From Candidatus Thorarchaeota archaeon (GTDB taxonomy: Archaea > Asgardarchaeota > Thorarchaeia > Thorarchaeales > Thorarchaeaceae), in the NCBI GenBank assembly GCA_019057475.1, contig DXJO01000022.1, positions 1-64,000 on the forward strand: a DNA stretch of 64,000 nt, written 5' to 3'. The position numbers and the translations under genes are program-made. This document shows positions 19,339 to 28,278 of the stretch, in pieces; within the stretch, counting starts at the first letter, position 1, and each line of letters opens with the position of its first letter. The notes under the pieces were generated by a model. The model did not search any database. It saw nothing but the letters and a program-made list of their open reading frames with translations, and was not told where the DNA came from.

Positions 19339-19991
19339 ACAATGTACTCAAGTATATGCCTTAGATCATTACCCTCGATTGTGACCATTGCGGCCTCAGC
19401 TACTTCCTCGGTTTCAGGCCGGAAGGCTATGGATAATCCAACATGGGAGAAGATTGTCATATCGTTCTTCCCATCACCAACGTATGCAGTTTCGCTCAGT
19501 GGAACTCCAAAATGGTTGAGGATCTCTCTAATCTCATGAATCTTCTCACCCCATCCCACTTTAACCTCGACGCCCCCAGTCAGTATCCCGTCTGAAATAA
19601 GCAGTCTATTTGTTAGAACATACTCTATGCCCACTCGTCGACCGATATCATCAGCTAGGATATCAAGTCCACCAGAGAGGATTGCTACTTGGATTCCCTG
19701 CTCTTTCAGCCGTGCGATGGTTTCTTGAGCGCCAGGGACTGTTCTTGTTTCCGCGACTACCCTCATCACTTCCTCGACGGGCTGCCCCTTCCAGAGACCT
19801 GCATCAAGCTCGGCCCATTGATTGTAGGTAATTTCACCTGCAAAGAACTGACCGAAATATGTCTTCCCTAGTTTCTCTGTCCCAAAATGCTCGTGGAGCC
19901 GCCACCAGATGCTGGAGTGACAGGTTAGAGTGCCGTCAGCATCAAAAACAACCAATCGAATGGGCAAAACAATAACACCTTCCGAACCCAT
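19335..19991 (-). CDS. HAD-IB phosphatase, phosphoserine phosphatase-like
   Basis: FDADGTL, LSGGL, VGDGKND. Confidence 0.88.
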   Translation of the reverse strand: MGSEGVIVLPIRLVVFDADGTLTCHSSIWWRLHEHFGTEKLGKTYFGQFFAGEITYNQWAELDAGLWKGQPVEEVMRVVAETRTVPGAQETIARLKEQGIQVAILSGGLDILADDIGRRVGIEYVLTNRLLISDGILTGGVEVKVGWGEKIHEIREILNHFGVPLSETAYVGDGKNDMTIFSHVGLSIAFRPETEEVAEAAMVTIEGNDLRHILEYIV

Positions 19992-20009
19992 GGGAGGGGT
20001 TCTGTTTTC

Positions 20010-20669
20010 TTAGCTCTCAGCTTCACGCTCTCGTTCCTCACGGGCTTCCCTTTCCAGGTTGGCCAGAAGATCGTCGATCCGCTTCTCTTCAGACTTGCCT
20101 TTCTCACTGGAGATTGCTTCTCCCTTCGTTCGAAGTGGTGGCAGAACACCCTCTTTCTCCAGCAAGATTTCCGCTTCCATAGAATCAAGCTGGCGGTCAA
20201 TTCGCTCTTCTGCTTCTACTGAAGCCCCTGTTGTGGAAAGGTCCTCCGACAACAGCTCCCCGGCAATAGTTATGTGTTCGAAAGATTCTGATAGCTTATC
20301 AAGCTGCGTCTGAATCTCGATTGGAGTCAGAAGAGTCCGTGCCTCCATCAACGCTTCGTTTGCAATGCCGAATGCTCGCAGAACCTCAGCCTGATCTCTT
20401 GCCTCCTCAATATTTAGGAGTGCAGTTTCGAGGGTGAGAAACTGCTGCTGATAACGCCCCTTGCGATTCTCAAGGTCGACAACTATGCTCAGGTGTGATC
20501 TTGCAGATGTACGGTCGCCCTTTGCCATGGCTTCCTTCGCAGATTTTTGTTCCTCAGTCATTCTTGTTTCGAGACGTCGAACTCTAAGTGTCAGAGCATT
20601 CATTGTGCCCTTCATCTCAAGCATTCCGCGCTCAGCATCAACTTTCTTCTTGCCGCTCAGAAAACCCAT
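20010..20669 (-). CDS. ESCRT-III/Snf7-family protein (Vps20/32/60-like)
   Basis: Likely start MGFLSGKKK; helical core AKEAMAKGDRTSAR...LETALLNIEEARDQAEVLRAF...ANEAL; acidic C-terminus with LPPL and terminal helix. Confidence 0.82.
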   Translation of the reverse strand: MGFLSGKKKVDAERGMLEMKGTMNALTLRVRRLETRMTEEQKSAKEAMAKGDRTSARSHLSIVVDLENRKGRYQQQFLTLETALLNIEEARDQAEVLRAFGIANEALMEARTLLTPIEIQTQLDKLSESFEHITIAGELLSEDLSTTGASVEAEERIDRQLDSMEAEILLEKEGVLPPLRTKGEAISSEKGKSEEKRIDDLLANLEREAREEREREAES

Positions 20670-20780
20670 AGTATACACCGATGTTGGCCTTTCACAGTAA
20701 CTTGCCTTATAACGCCATTTAACCATTACGGGCAGATAGTATTATAGATAGTCATTCCTTCAAAGACATGAGAAGATACT

Positions 20781-21599
20781 ATGACGCTCATGCAGGTTCT
20801 GAGAAGGGCAGTAGAAGCTGCAAAGAAGAATGTCCTGGACAATTTAGATTTGGCAGCGGAGCAAACTGGGACGCTTAATCCATTCGGTGACAGAACTCTG
20901 CTACTTGACCAGCAAGCAGAAGATATCATTGTAAGAGTGCTGCGGGAGTCCGGGATGCAGTTTGATATCATGACTGAGGAGCGGGGCGTAATCAAAGCTG
21001 AGGGGAACCCAGAATTCCTAGCAATAGTGGATCCAATTGATGGTTCAGCCAATCTAGAGAGAGAAATCCCTCTCTGTTCTATCGGAATCTCGGCTATTCC
21101 ATTCTCAGACATCATAACGACCGATGACGTAACTCTAAGCATCATCGACTCCATCTTCACGGACGAAACCTACGTGGCTACCAAAAGTCAAGGCGTGAAA
21201 AAGAACGGGAAGAGTGTTCGTCCCAGAAAGGGCACACCAATCGAGAATGCAATCATCTCCTATGACACAAAGCGAAAGTGGGAAGGGCAATTTGCTAAGG
21301 CATCCTCCAGAACTTTGACAGCTGTTTATGACATGCGAAGAAGTGCCAGCAACTTGCTGGATCTCTGCTGGACAGCGGCTGGTTCACTTGATGCGATGGT
21401 TGACCTTAGGGATATGCTGCCGATTGTGCATGTTTGCGGAACTCATATGGTTCTGGAAGCGGGAGGTGTTGTACTGGACAAGAATGGGTCACACTTCACG
21501 GTGCCCATTGATATGAACGTAAGGATGAGCTTTGTCGCTGCTTCCACAAATGAACTTGCCAAAGAGATACTCGCCGCGTTCAAAGGGGTTACATTCTGA
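20781..21599 (+). CDS. Inositol monophosphatase / FBPase family
   Basis: TEE, IVDPIDGSAN, LDLCWTAAGSLD, EAGG. Confidence 0.88.
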   Translation: MTLMQVLRRAVEAAKKNVLDNLDLAAEQTGTLNPFGDRTLLLDQQAEDIIVRVLRESGMQFDIMTEERGVIKAEGNPEFLAIVDPIDGSANLEREIPLCSIGISAIPFSDIITTDDVTLSIIDSIFTDETYVATKSQGVKKNGKSVRPRKGTPIENAIISYDTKRKWEGQFAKASSRTLTAVYDMRRSASNLLDLCWTAAGSLDAMVDLRDMLPIVHVCGTHMVLEAGGVVLDKNGSHFTVPIDMNVRMSFVAASTNELAKEILAAFKGVTF

Positions 21600-21675
21600 A
21601 ACCCATCTGCAGGTCTAGGTCACATCTAACAGCTTAAAACGGATTACTTTTTCCAAGAAGGACACGTGATGCAGT

Positions 21676-22491
21676 ATGTCGAAACCGATGGCCTCCCCTG
21701 AAATTCTCGAAGCTATGAAAGATATCAAGTACAAGATTGTAGTACTCTCAGGAAAGGGAGGAGTGGGAAAGACAACTGTAGCCACAAACCTTGCGATTGT
21801 CTTTGCAAAGAGGAAGCTTGCGGCTGGTGTGCTCGACGTTGACATCTATGGACCCAACGTTCCAAAGCTCCTTGGGCTTGAGGGACAGCGTCCAACAGTG
21901 GAAGAGAATTTCATACAACCAGTAGTTGGTCCGTTGGGTCTCAAAGTGATGAGTATGGGATTCCTCTTGCAGAAGAGCGATGATGCTGTTGCTTGGAGAG
22001 GCCCACTAGTAGCCAAGGCAATAAACCAATTTCTTGGCAATGTGCGATGGGGCAAGCTTGACATCCTTGTTGCTGACCTTCCTCCGGGAACAGGGGACGA
22101 AATTCTAAGTATTCTTCAGCTAATACCCGACATCTCAGGAGTCGTGATAGTATCAACTCCCCAAGAAGTAGCTGTGCTTGACGCCAGACGTGCAATCCAA
22201 CTTGTCGAGAAAATGGGTGTACCTGTACTTGGCATCGTTGAGAATATGGCGGAGTTTGTATGTCCCAACTGTGAAGAAGTTCACAAGATCTTTGGAGAAG
22301 GGGCGGCAAAACAAGCTGCTAAGGAATACAATATTGAACATCTGGGAACTCTGCCCTTGGACCCAAGAGTCATTTCTCTGAGCGACGAAGGCACGCCGTT
22401 CGTATTAGAAATGCCAGACTCCAAGGTGGCCAAGGCATTCGAGAATCTTGTGGATAAGCTAGCAAAGAAGATAGGAATGAAAGCGGCTTAG
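21676..22491 (+). CDS. mrp: Mrp/NBP35 Fe-S carrier ATPase
   Basis: SGKGGVGKTT, DVDIYGPN, WRGP, DLPPGTGD, ENM..FVCPNC. Confidence 0.93.
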   Translation: MSKPMASPEILEAMKDIKYKIVVLSGKGGVGKTTVATNLAIVFAKRKLAAGVLDVDIYGPNVPKLLGLEGQRPTVEENFIQPVVGPLGLKVMSMGFLLQKSDDAVAWRGPLVAKAINQFLGNVRWGKLDILVADLPPGTGDEILSILQLIPDISGVVIVSTPQEVAVLDARRAIQLVEKMGVPVLGIVENMAEFVCPNCEEVHKIFGEGAAKQAAKEYNIEHLGTLPLDPRVISLSDEGTPFVLEMPDSKVAKAFENLVDKLAKKIGMKAA

Positions 22492-22531
22492 AATGCTCTT
22501 GCACAAGCAAATGTTTCGGGCTTGCGAGTAA

Positions 22532-22945
22532 CTATTCGTCAGACTTTTCATTTTCCATTTCGTTTGGTGATTCGGGCGCCTCTTTGGTGGCTTCAACTTC
22601 CTCCGGCTCGGCTTCTTCTTCCTCTGGAGCTTTGCTGGAATCCCCTTCCTCAGCTTCTTCGCTACCAGGTGAGAGTTTCAAGACCATGACATATCCAAGG
22701 GCAAAAGCAACTATCCCGAGAAGGATTGTGATCCAGAAAGTCCCGCCCGATCCGAACCACGCATTTGGATTGATCAACAGGTTTGACAGAGGAGTACCTA
22801 GCAATACATGCTGAACCCACATCGGCACTGTGAAAACAAGGGGCAGAGTGATAATCACTAGTATGATTGCCGACAGAACGATCTCGTATGTGTACGCGAG
22901 TATTCTACGAAAGGTGCTATCAATTGCGTTCTTTGCCTTGGACAA
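22532..22945 (-). CDS. Two-TM membrane protein with acidic tail
   Basis: Hydrophobic segments; AAGGAG SD upstream of TTG. Confidence 0.75.
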   Translation of the reverse strand: MSKAKNAIDSTFRRILAYTYEIVLSAIILVIITLPLVFTVPMWVQHVLLGTPLSNLLINPNAWFGSGGTFWITILLGIVAFALGYVMVLKLSPGSEEAEEGDSSKAPEEEEAEPEEVEATKEAPESPNEMENEKSDE

Positions 22946-23030
22946 TGTGTTCTCTCCTTAGCCAGTCGACCTGTGCCGCCTTTTTAATACTTACTCCAGA
23001 CGGATGCTATTCACATCAAGTCATCTACTC

Positions 23031-23135
23031 AAAAAGAGTGTAGGGGCCCAGAAAAAGCAAGTTTGCCAGCGCGTGTGTCTTAGGATGGATTCTTGAGAGA
23101 GGGAGGGAGAGATGGCAAACCGTTCGGGCCCCGCC
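23031..23135 (-). ncRNA. Candidate small hairpin RNA 1 (CU-rich loop)
   Basis: GGGGCCC/GGGCCCC and GTTTGCCA/TGGCAAAC stems (23043-23132); CTTATATG box at 23165-23158; CTCTTTTT downstream. Confidence 0.5.
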
Positions 23136-23250
23136 GAGTATTATTAGTTCCTATTAGCATATAAGTATATTGTCTGCGTAAGCATCCAACTCAATTCCAA
23201 GATGCTGATAGATCCTCTAAGCCGTAGTCAGGTCCGGGGAAAGAATAGAG

Positions 23251-23342
23251 GAAAAGTCAAGAAGGTGATGGCGGGGGGCCAGAGAACACTGAAGGAGGAG
23301 AGAGAATGGTGAATTTCAGGAGATGGCCCCCTTAGCCTTCAT
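23251..23342 (-). ncRNA. Candidate small hairpin RNA 2 (CU-rich loop)
   Basis: GGGGGCCA/TGGCCCCC, CTGAA/TTCAG, GAAGG/CCTTC stems (23261-23340); TTTAATAA box at 23370-23363; CTTTTCC downstream. Confidence 0.5.
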
Positions 23343-23574
23343 ACATGTTATTGTGGAATTTATTATTAAAGGAAATTAGGATATATACGCCACAAATATT
23401 ATCGCGATTTTCTCAATTCGGAGGGCTCAATTCACACATCCGCCCCTCTCAAGCAAGCAAAAAGGCAAGGCCTGATTTTGTTTGTGCCCCCCCACACTCC
23501 TCACTTGTTCATTGTTGGTGCGGCAATAAGCGTAGAAGTAGTTGCAGACCGGGGGGTTTGAGCAAAACGATGCA

Positions 23575-23979
23575 TTACAATTCGTGCGCTTGTTCCATTC
23601 GGGTTTGAATATGCATATTGGTGGGAGTACAGCCGTGAGAGAACACCTCGACGATAAAGGGGTTCCGAGCTTCCGCTACCTTAGTCCACATTGCGTTATC
23701 CCGTCGGTAGTATCGATAATCCAGATTACCGTGACGGACCTCTAGAATGGATTTTGCTGGCAGTTCCTCCAGATTGGTGACTTCAAGCTGATGACCGGGG
23801 TTTTCAGTGCCAACTGGGTTGGATAGGAAGAGCCTGAACACTTCGTCATTGGATGGCATGAGAACAGCAACATGTGGGCGATCGACAGAGTTCCACTTGG
23901 ATGGAACTGGGGGCTTGCGGCATGTGTACGCACCGATAGCGGAGCGCAACATCAGATAGGCACCCTTATCGATTATCAC
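23575..23979 (-). CDS. Hypothetical protein
   Basis: 134-aa ORF, GTG start with purine-rich leader. Confidence 0.55.
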   Translation of the reverse strand: MIIDKGAYLMLRSAIGAYTCRKPPVPSKWNSVDRPHVAVLMPSNDEVFRLFLSNPVGTENPGHQLEVTNLEELPAKSILEVRHGNLDYRYYRRDNAMWTKVAEARNPFIVEVFSHGCTPTNMHIQTRMEQAHEL

Positions 23980-24226
23980 TTTCTATATCCGTCCTTTCGC
24001 GTTTTCCGTTGAGGAAAATTTACAGGTATGAAAGGATATCGCTGGTGAGCAGTATATAACTATCCACGACTTACCGCATCGCGGCAGTGTCGTTAGAAGC
24101 GTTCGTATGGCATCAGCAGAGCCCTGCGCATTCCAAGTGTGATTGGCTACAGTTCGTTCGAAGGAAGCATTGCACGACAAGACCTTGATAGGTCATTCCA
24201 ACTTAACAAACGGCCAAAAGAGAAGA

Positions 24227-24910
24227 CTACTTGTCCACACCAATCCGAATACGAACTTCAGCAAGAACACGCGATAATGAGTCCAGGGTCAATGAAGCTC
24301 CTGCACGTCGTAGTGATTCATGATTGGTTTCTCCGGTAGTGACTCCCCAGAACTCTACGCCTGCTCTCTTCGCGGCAACGGCATCTATGCCAGCATCTCC
24401 CACGTAGACAGATTCGTTCCGCTCGACGTCGAGTCGTGCAACGATTTTCAATAGACCATCAGGGAATGGTTTTGCTCTTGGAGATTCGTGACGTGTCTGG
24501 ATGATATCGAACAGACCACCTAGCTTCGTCTGCTCAAGAATGGTGTTAACTGAACCACGACCGTTGTTCGTGAGTATCGCAGTTTTGAGTCCAAGGTCTT
24601 TTATCCCGTTGATAACCTCGACAGTGTCCTCAATAAGGATGACTTGCTTCGTAGCGCTAGCTTCGTGCTTATCGAGAATTGCATCCATCTCGGACTCATA
24701 TTTATTCCATTTATCAGGAGATATGCCACCGGAGAGGAAGTACTCCCGTGCCTTTGTGGTGGAACTAGAAATCCCATCAGCAGGCTCAAAAAGCTCTCTC
24801 GGCGCGCCCCTGCTGATGAAGTATGCTTTGGTGTCTCTGCGCATTGCTTCCAGTGGCAGATTCAAGATAGTGAGCGTTCCGTCAAGGTCAAAAACCACAG
24901 CTTTCAGCAT
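24227..24910 (-). CDS. HAD-IA hydrolase (phosphoglycolate phosphatase-like)
   Basis: MLKAVVFDLDGTL, LTNN, KPFPDG, YVGDAGID; start moved to ATG 24910. Confidence 0.9.
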   Translation of the reverse strand: MLKAVVFDLDGTLTILNLPLEAMRRDTKAYFISRGAPRELFEPADGISSSTTKAREYFLSGGISPDKWNKYESEMDAILDKHEASATKQVILIEDTVEVINGIKDLGLKTAILTNNGRGSVNTILEQTKLGGLFDIIQTRHESPRAKPFPDGLLKIVARLDVERNESVYVGDAGIDAVAAKRAGVEFWGVTTGETNHESLRRAGASLTLDSLSRVLAEVRIRIGVDK

Positions 24911-24997
24911 CGAGTGACACCGCGTCGGGTGCCACAGGGGTCCCACTTAAGCATGCCCCTGTGTTCCAGAGGTAAGATTTTCTTGATTGTGAACTGC

Positions 24998-25504
24998 TTA
25001 ATCGGATTCATCAGGACTGTAGACAAGTGCCTTAGTGCACGTAGCATCCATAGTTGCTGGTTTTGGAACCTCCATCTTGACTCCAGGCGCAATACCTTCA
25101 GCTACGGCGCTTACGTATGGCCAACAGACTGATTCACAGTAGAGTTTCCCCTTCTTGAGGAAGCCTTCGTGCTGCGGACAATACGGATGATCTGTTTCCA
25201 CGCGATTGTCAGAAATCCATCTTGGTTTCATCTTCGCGCCCATCACGTGGCCAATGACAATCCACGCATCCAGAGCATCTTTGAGCATGTTCCCAAGGCC
25301 AAGGGTTTCCTTCATTGCAATCGCGTCCTCATTCCCTAATCTTTGAAAGACCTCGGCGACCGCATCTAACCCATCCTTGCCAAATCGTTCTTCCATCACA
25401 ATGGCAGTTTCAGTCATCAAGCGACCCAAGTTGCTTCTCAGTTCCGAAACCTTATTTCCAGCAGGGATAATCCCTTTGACAGCTGCGGTTTTCATTATTC
25501 CCAT
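24998..25504 (-). CDS. Hypothetical protein, V4R / ATC-hydrolase-like ligand-binding fold
   Basis: ERFGKDG...; YCP...YCESVC...TC Cys pattern. Confidence 0.65.
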   Translation of the reverse strand: MGIMKTAAVKGIIPAGNKVSELRSNLGRLMTETAIVMEERFGKDGLDAVAEVFQRLGNEDAIAMKETLGLGNMLKDALDAWIVIGHVMGAKMKPRWISDNRVETDHPYCPQHEGFLKKGKLYCESVCWPYVSAVAEGIAPGVKMEVPKPATMDATCTKALVYSPDESD

Positions 25505-25635
25505 AACGAGTCCTCGCGATATTGCGGAGCGTTCAATCTAATGAAGATTGCTGACGAACCGCAGAGAACTCGATTGCCGCCATGTAGGAATCAGCTTTAA
25601 GATGGAATACTGTTCTTCTCGATTGGTGATCTGCT

Positions 25636-26658
25636 GTGAAGAGTGTAAAAGGGATAGACACGAATGACATGAGAGCAATGGTCGAGGCGTTTCCTTCGCT
25701 TCTGAGTTTGACGAAACCGGACCCATCGATAATGACCATGGCATCGCAGGCGTTCTCTTCAGGACTTCATGGGATCTGCATAGCAGGAATGGGGGGCAGT
25801 GCAATTGCGGGTCAGATGGCCAAGGCACTCTTGGCTCAAAAGGCACAGGTGCCCCTCATCACATGGAGAGACTACGAGCTTCCGCGCTGTGTCACAAAGG
25901 ATTGGGCGGTTATCTGCGTAAGCTACTCGGGCAATACAGAAGAAACACTCTCAGCATTCGAAACGGCCAAGAAGGTGGGTAGCGCGTTGTTTATCGTAAC
26001 AACCGGCGGCGCGATATTGGAGCAATCCAAGGACCTGCCAGTTGCATTACTTCCTAAGGGCATCCAGCCAAGGGCTGCGCTTCCAGTTATTTTCTCGCTT
26101 GCCCTGCCGATTGTCGAGGCCTTGATCGGGATTGATAGCACTGATTTTTCCAAGCTGTCAGTGGTTCTGGAGGGCTTGGTGAAGCGTTGGGGAAATGAAA
26201 TTATGTCCCCAAGAAACCTTGCTGAACGCATCAGCTCGCTTGTTCCGCTCTTCATAGGTTCAGGACATATGGTGCCGGTGTCTTATCGAGCCAAGTGTCA
26301 AATCAACGAAAACGCAAAGACTGTTGCCTTCAGCGCGGAGCTGCCTGAAGCAAATCATAATGAAGTCGAGGCGTCCCACACGTACAAGGAGTACGGAATC
26401 GTGCCCATCTTCCTAAGGAGCACTCATGAGAGTAAGAAAATGTCCGCGCGGTTTGAAGCCACAGACGCAGTGTACAGGCAGAGCGATTGTGCGCCAGTTC
26501 ATGTTCGACTGAGTGGATTGAGCGAACTGGAAGAAACTCTCGCGATTGCACATTACTTGGATATGCTGTCAGTCGACGCCGCAGACATCCGAGAAGTTGA
26601 CTCTGTTAGAGTTGACAAGATTGCGGAACTCAAGCGAAGACTCGCAGAGGGGTTCTAA
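25636..26658 (+). CDS. Bifunctional phosphoglucose/phosphomannose isomerase (SIS)
   Basis: GMGGSAIAG, SYSGNTEET, TTGG, QPRAAL, QINENAK, PEANHNE. Confidence 0.92.
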   Translation: MKSVKGIDTNDMRAMVEAFPSLLSLTKPDPSIMTMASQAFSSGLHGICIAGMGGSAIAGQMAKALLAQKAQVPLITWRDYELPRCVTKDWAVICVSYSGNTEETLSAFETAKKVGSALFIVTTGGAILEQSKDLPVALLPKGIQPRAALPVIFSLALPIVEALIGIDSTDFSKLSVVLEGLVKRWGNEIMSPRNLAERISSLVPLFIGSGHMVPVSYRAKCQINENAKTVAFSAELPEANHNEVEASHTYKEYGIVPIFLRSTHESKKMSARFEATDAVYRQSDCAPVHVRLSGLSELEETLAIAHYLDMLSVDAADIREVDSVRVDKIAELKRRLAEGF

Positions 26659-27209
26659 GTGTGACCCTCATGAGTGAATGTTATGCGCATGGGTGATGCC
26701 GATGCACCGAATACATCATAAGATAAGACTAGGAGTATGCTGAAGGTCCAGTCATCGGAATTTTCAGCATCGTAGAGTATCTGCTTGTCAAGAATCTCAT
26801 AGATCGTTTCGCCCACAGTGAAGTTCGTATCATAACCTGGATACAGCGGTTGGTCCGCTAGGGGAATATATCTTCGCCATTGTTGTGTGTAGAGAAACGG
26901 CCTTTCGTTCAACTCGACCTGTACTCGGAAGTACGTGATCGATGCATCACCGGCAGAACCCGTCGACACGTTAGCGTTGAACACGAGTGTGATACGAGGA
27001 TTAATCGATTCGTTCGTAGGATCCAAGCCTGTAATCCTGACCTCGAGTAAATTCAATTCCAAATTGGCGACGAGCGAGTAGCTCCCAGCAAAATAGGAGC
27101 TGCTTGTCGCAAATCCCAAACCGCTCACGATTCCAAGTATGAGTGTAGCAACGACTATAATGTTCTGTGTCTTTGTGTCCGCAATCATATTGACCAACAC
27201 CATTTTCAC
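26655..27209 (-). CDS. Membrane-anchored beta-rich (LEA2-like) protein
   Basis: N-terminal TM then beta-strand pattern with N-x-S/T sequons. Confidence 0.65.
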   Translation of the reverse strand: MKMVLVNMIADTKTQNIIVVATLILGIVSGLGFATSSSYFAGSYSLVANLELNLLEVRITGLDPTNESINPRITLVFNANVSTGSAGDASITYFRVQVELNERPFLYTQQWRRYIPLADQPLYPGYDTNFTVGETIYEILDKQILYDAENSDDWTFSILLVLSYDVFGASASPMRITFTHEGHT

Positions 27210-27260
27210 CTGAAACGGTCGGATATCTCCCTTGTGCTCTGCGCATATGAACAGAGCGGA

Positions 27261-28130
27261 TTACCCAACAATGAATGTCAACGCCACCAAATGAACAATC
27301 CACGGAAACAGGGCGAGAAGCGCAGGCAGCGGAATTGCAGGGAGTATCTCACCTTCCTTCGAGATGACAGTGGCGTTAATCACAATGCCAAGCAAACACA
27401 ACAAGATGGATGCCGCCCATACGAAGGAAGGGAAGTAGACAAAGGAGTGCGCCGAGATAAGGGCAAACGTGATGAAGTCGCCGGCCCCCACCGCAACTCT
27501 CTCTGACTGAATACGCGCATAATCAAACGGATCTGAAGCAATCCTTCTTGATATCGTCACTGGCTGAGCTGCAGGTGAGAACTTCGTGAGGAAGAAGTCT
27601 TCGAGGATTATCGCTATGATCAGTACGAACATGGTCGATGTAATCATGGTGATTCCCATGAATATCCCGAAGATGCTACTGTAAAATGCAACGTATAGAT
27701 TCCGAAGCATGGGCGGGATGGCATCGATTATAATCATTACAATCGACAACATTGACACGCCCAATGAAACAAGCAACACAACTCCTTGGAAAATTCCTGT
27801 GGTCCCCTTGAAAAGTACCAAGAGGAGGGATTGGCCTAGAAACATTGATACGAAGAACAGAATGGGAGACGCGACGAAGGCCACTACTAACTTCCTTGTG
27901 CCACGCCCTCTCCTTTGAATCACCCAGAACAGCAAGAATACGACAGTACCACCGAGGAGAACCGACACCACGGCCTCGATCACTACTTGCATGGGACTGT
28001 AGCTACTAGCAGTGCCGATGAGTCGGCCGATGATTGCGGTGTCCAAGACAACCATTGCCACGTAGGAACCCAGCAGCAGAGGAACGGCAGAGAGCAAGAT
28101 CAGGATTGCACGCGATCGGTCCAGTTTCAT
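27261..28130 (-). CDS. Presenilin/SPP-like GxGD intramembrane aspartyl protease homologue
   Basis: Polytopic; LEDFF (YD-equivalent), VGAGDF, LPAIPL (PAL-equivalent). Confidence 0.8.
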   Translation of the reverse strand: MKLDRSRAILILLSAVPLLLGSYVAMVVLDTAIIGRLIGTASSYSPMQVVIEAVVSVLLGGTVVFLLFWVIQRRGRGTRKLVVAFVASPILFFVSMFLGQSLLLVLFKGTTGIFQGVVLLVSLGVSMLSIVMIIIDAIPPMLRNLYVAFYSSIFGIFMGITMITSTMFVLIIAIILEDFFLTKFSPAAQPVTISRRIASDPFDYARIQSERVAVGAGDFITFALISAHSFVYFPSFVWAASILLCLLGIVINATVISKEGEILPAIPLPALLALFPWIVHLVALTFIVG

Positions 28131-28200
28131 CCCATTGTCTCCAGAGTGACTTACATTGGCCGGGGTTAAAGAAGCTGAGTTCTCCGCAAGCCTTTATGAG

Positions 28201-28225
28201 AACCTATAGTCAACTCGCTCTTAGG
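28201..28225 (+). repeat. Dispersed repeat AACCTATA..(C/T)AACTCGCTCTTAGG, copy 1 of 3
   Basis: Also at 36128-36155 and 36698-36725. Confidence 0.75.
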
Positions 28226-28235
28226 TTGATAAGGG

Positions 28236-28268
28236 AAAAAAGAAAGGGGATGGGGACGAATGTCCCCA
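28236..28268 (-). terminator. Hairpin + U-tract terminator of peptide-binding protein gene
   Basis: TGGGGAC-GAAT-GTCCCCA then CTTTCTTTTTT on - strand. Confidence 0.6.
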
Positions 28269-28278
28269 ATAGATTGCT

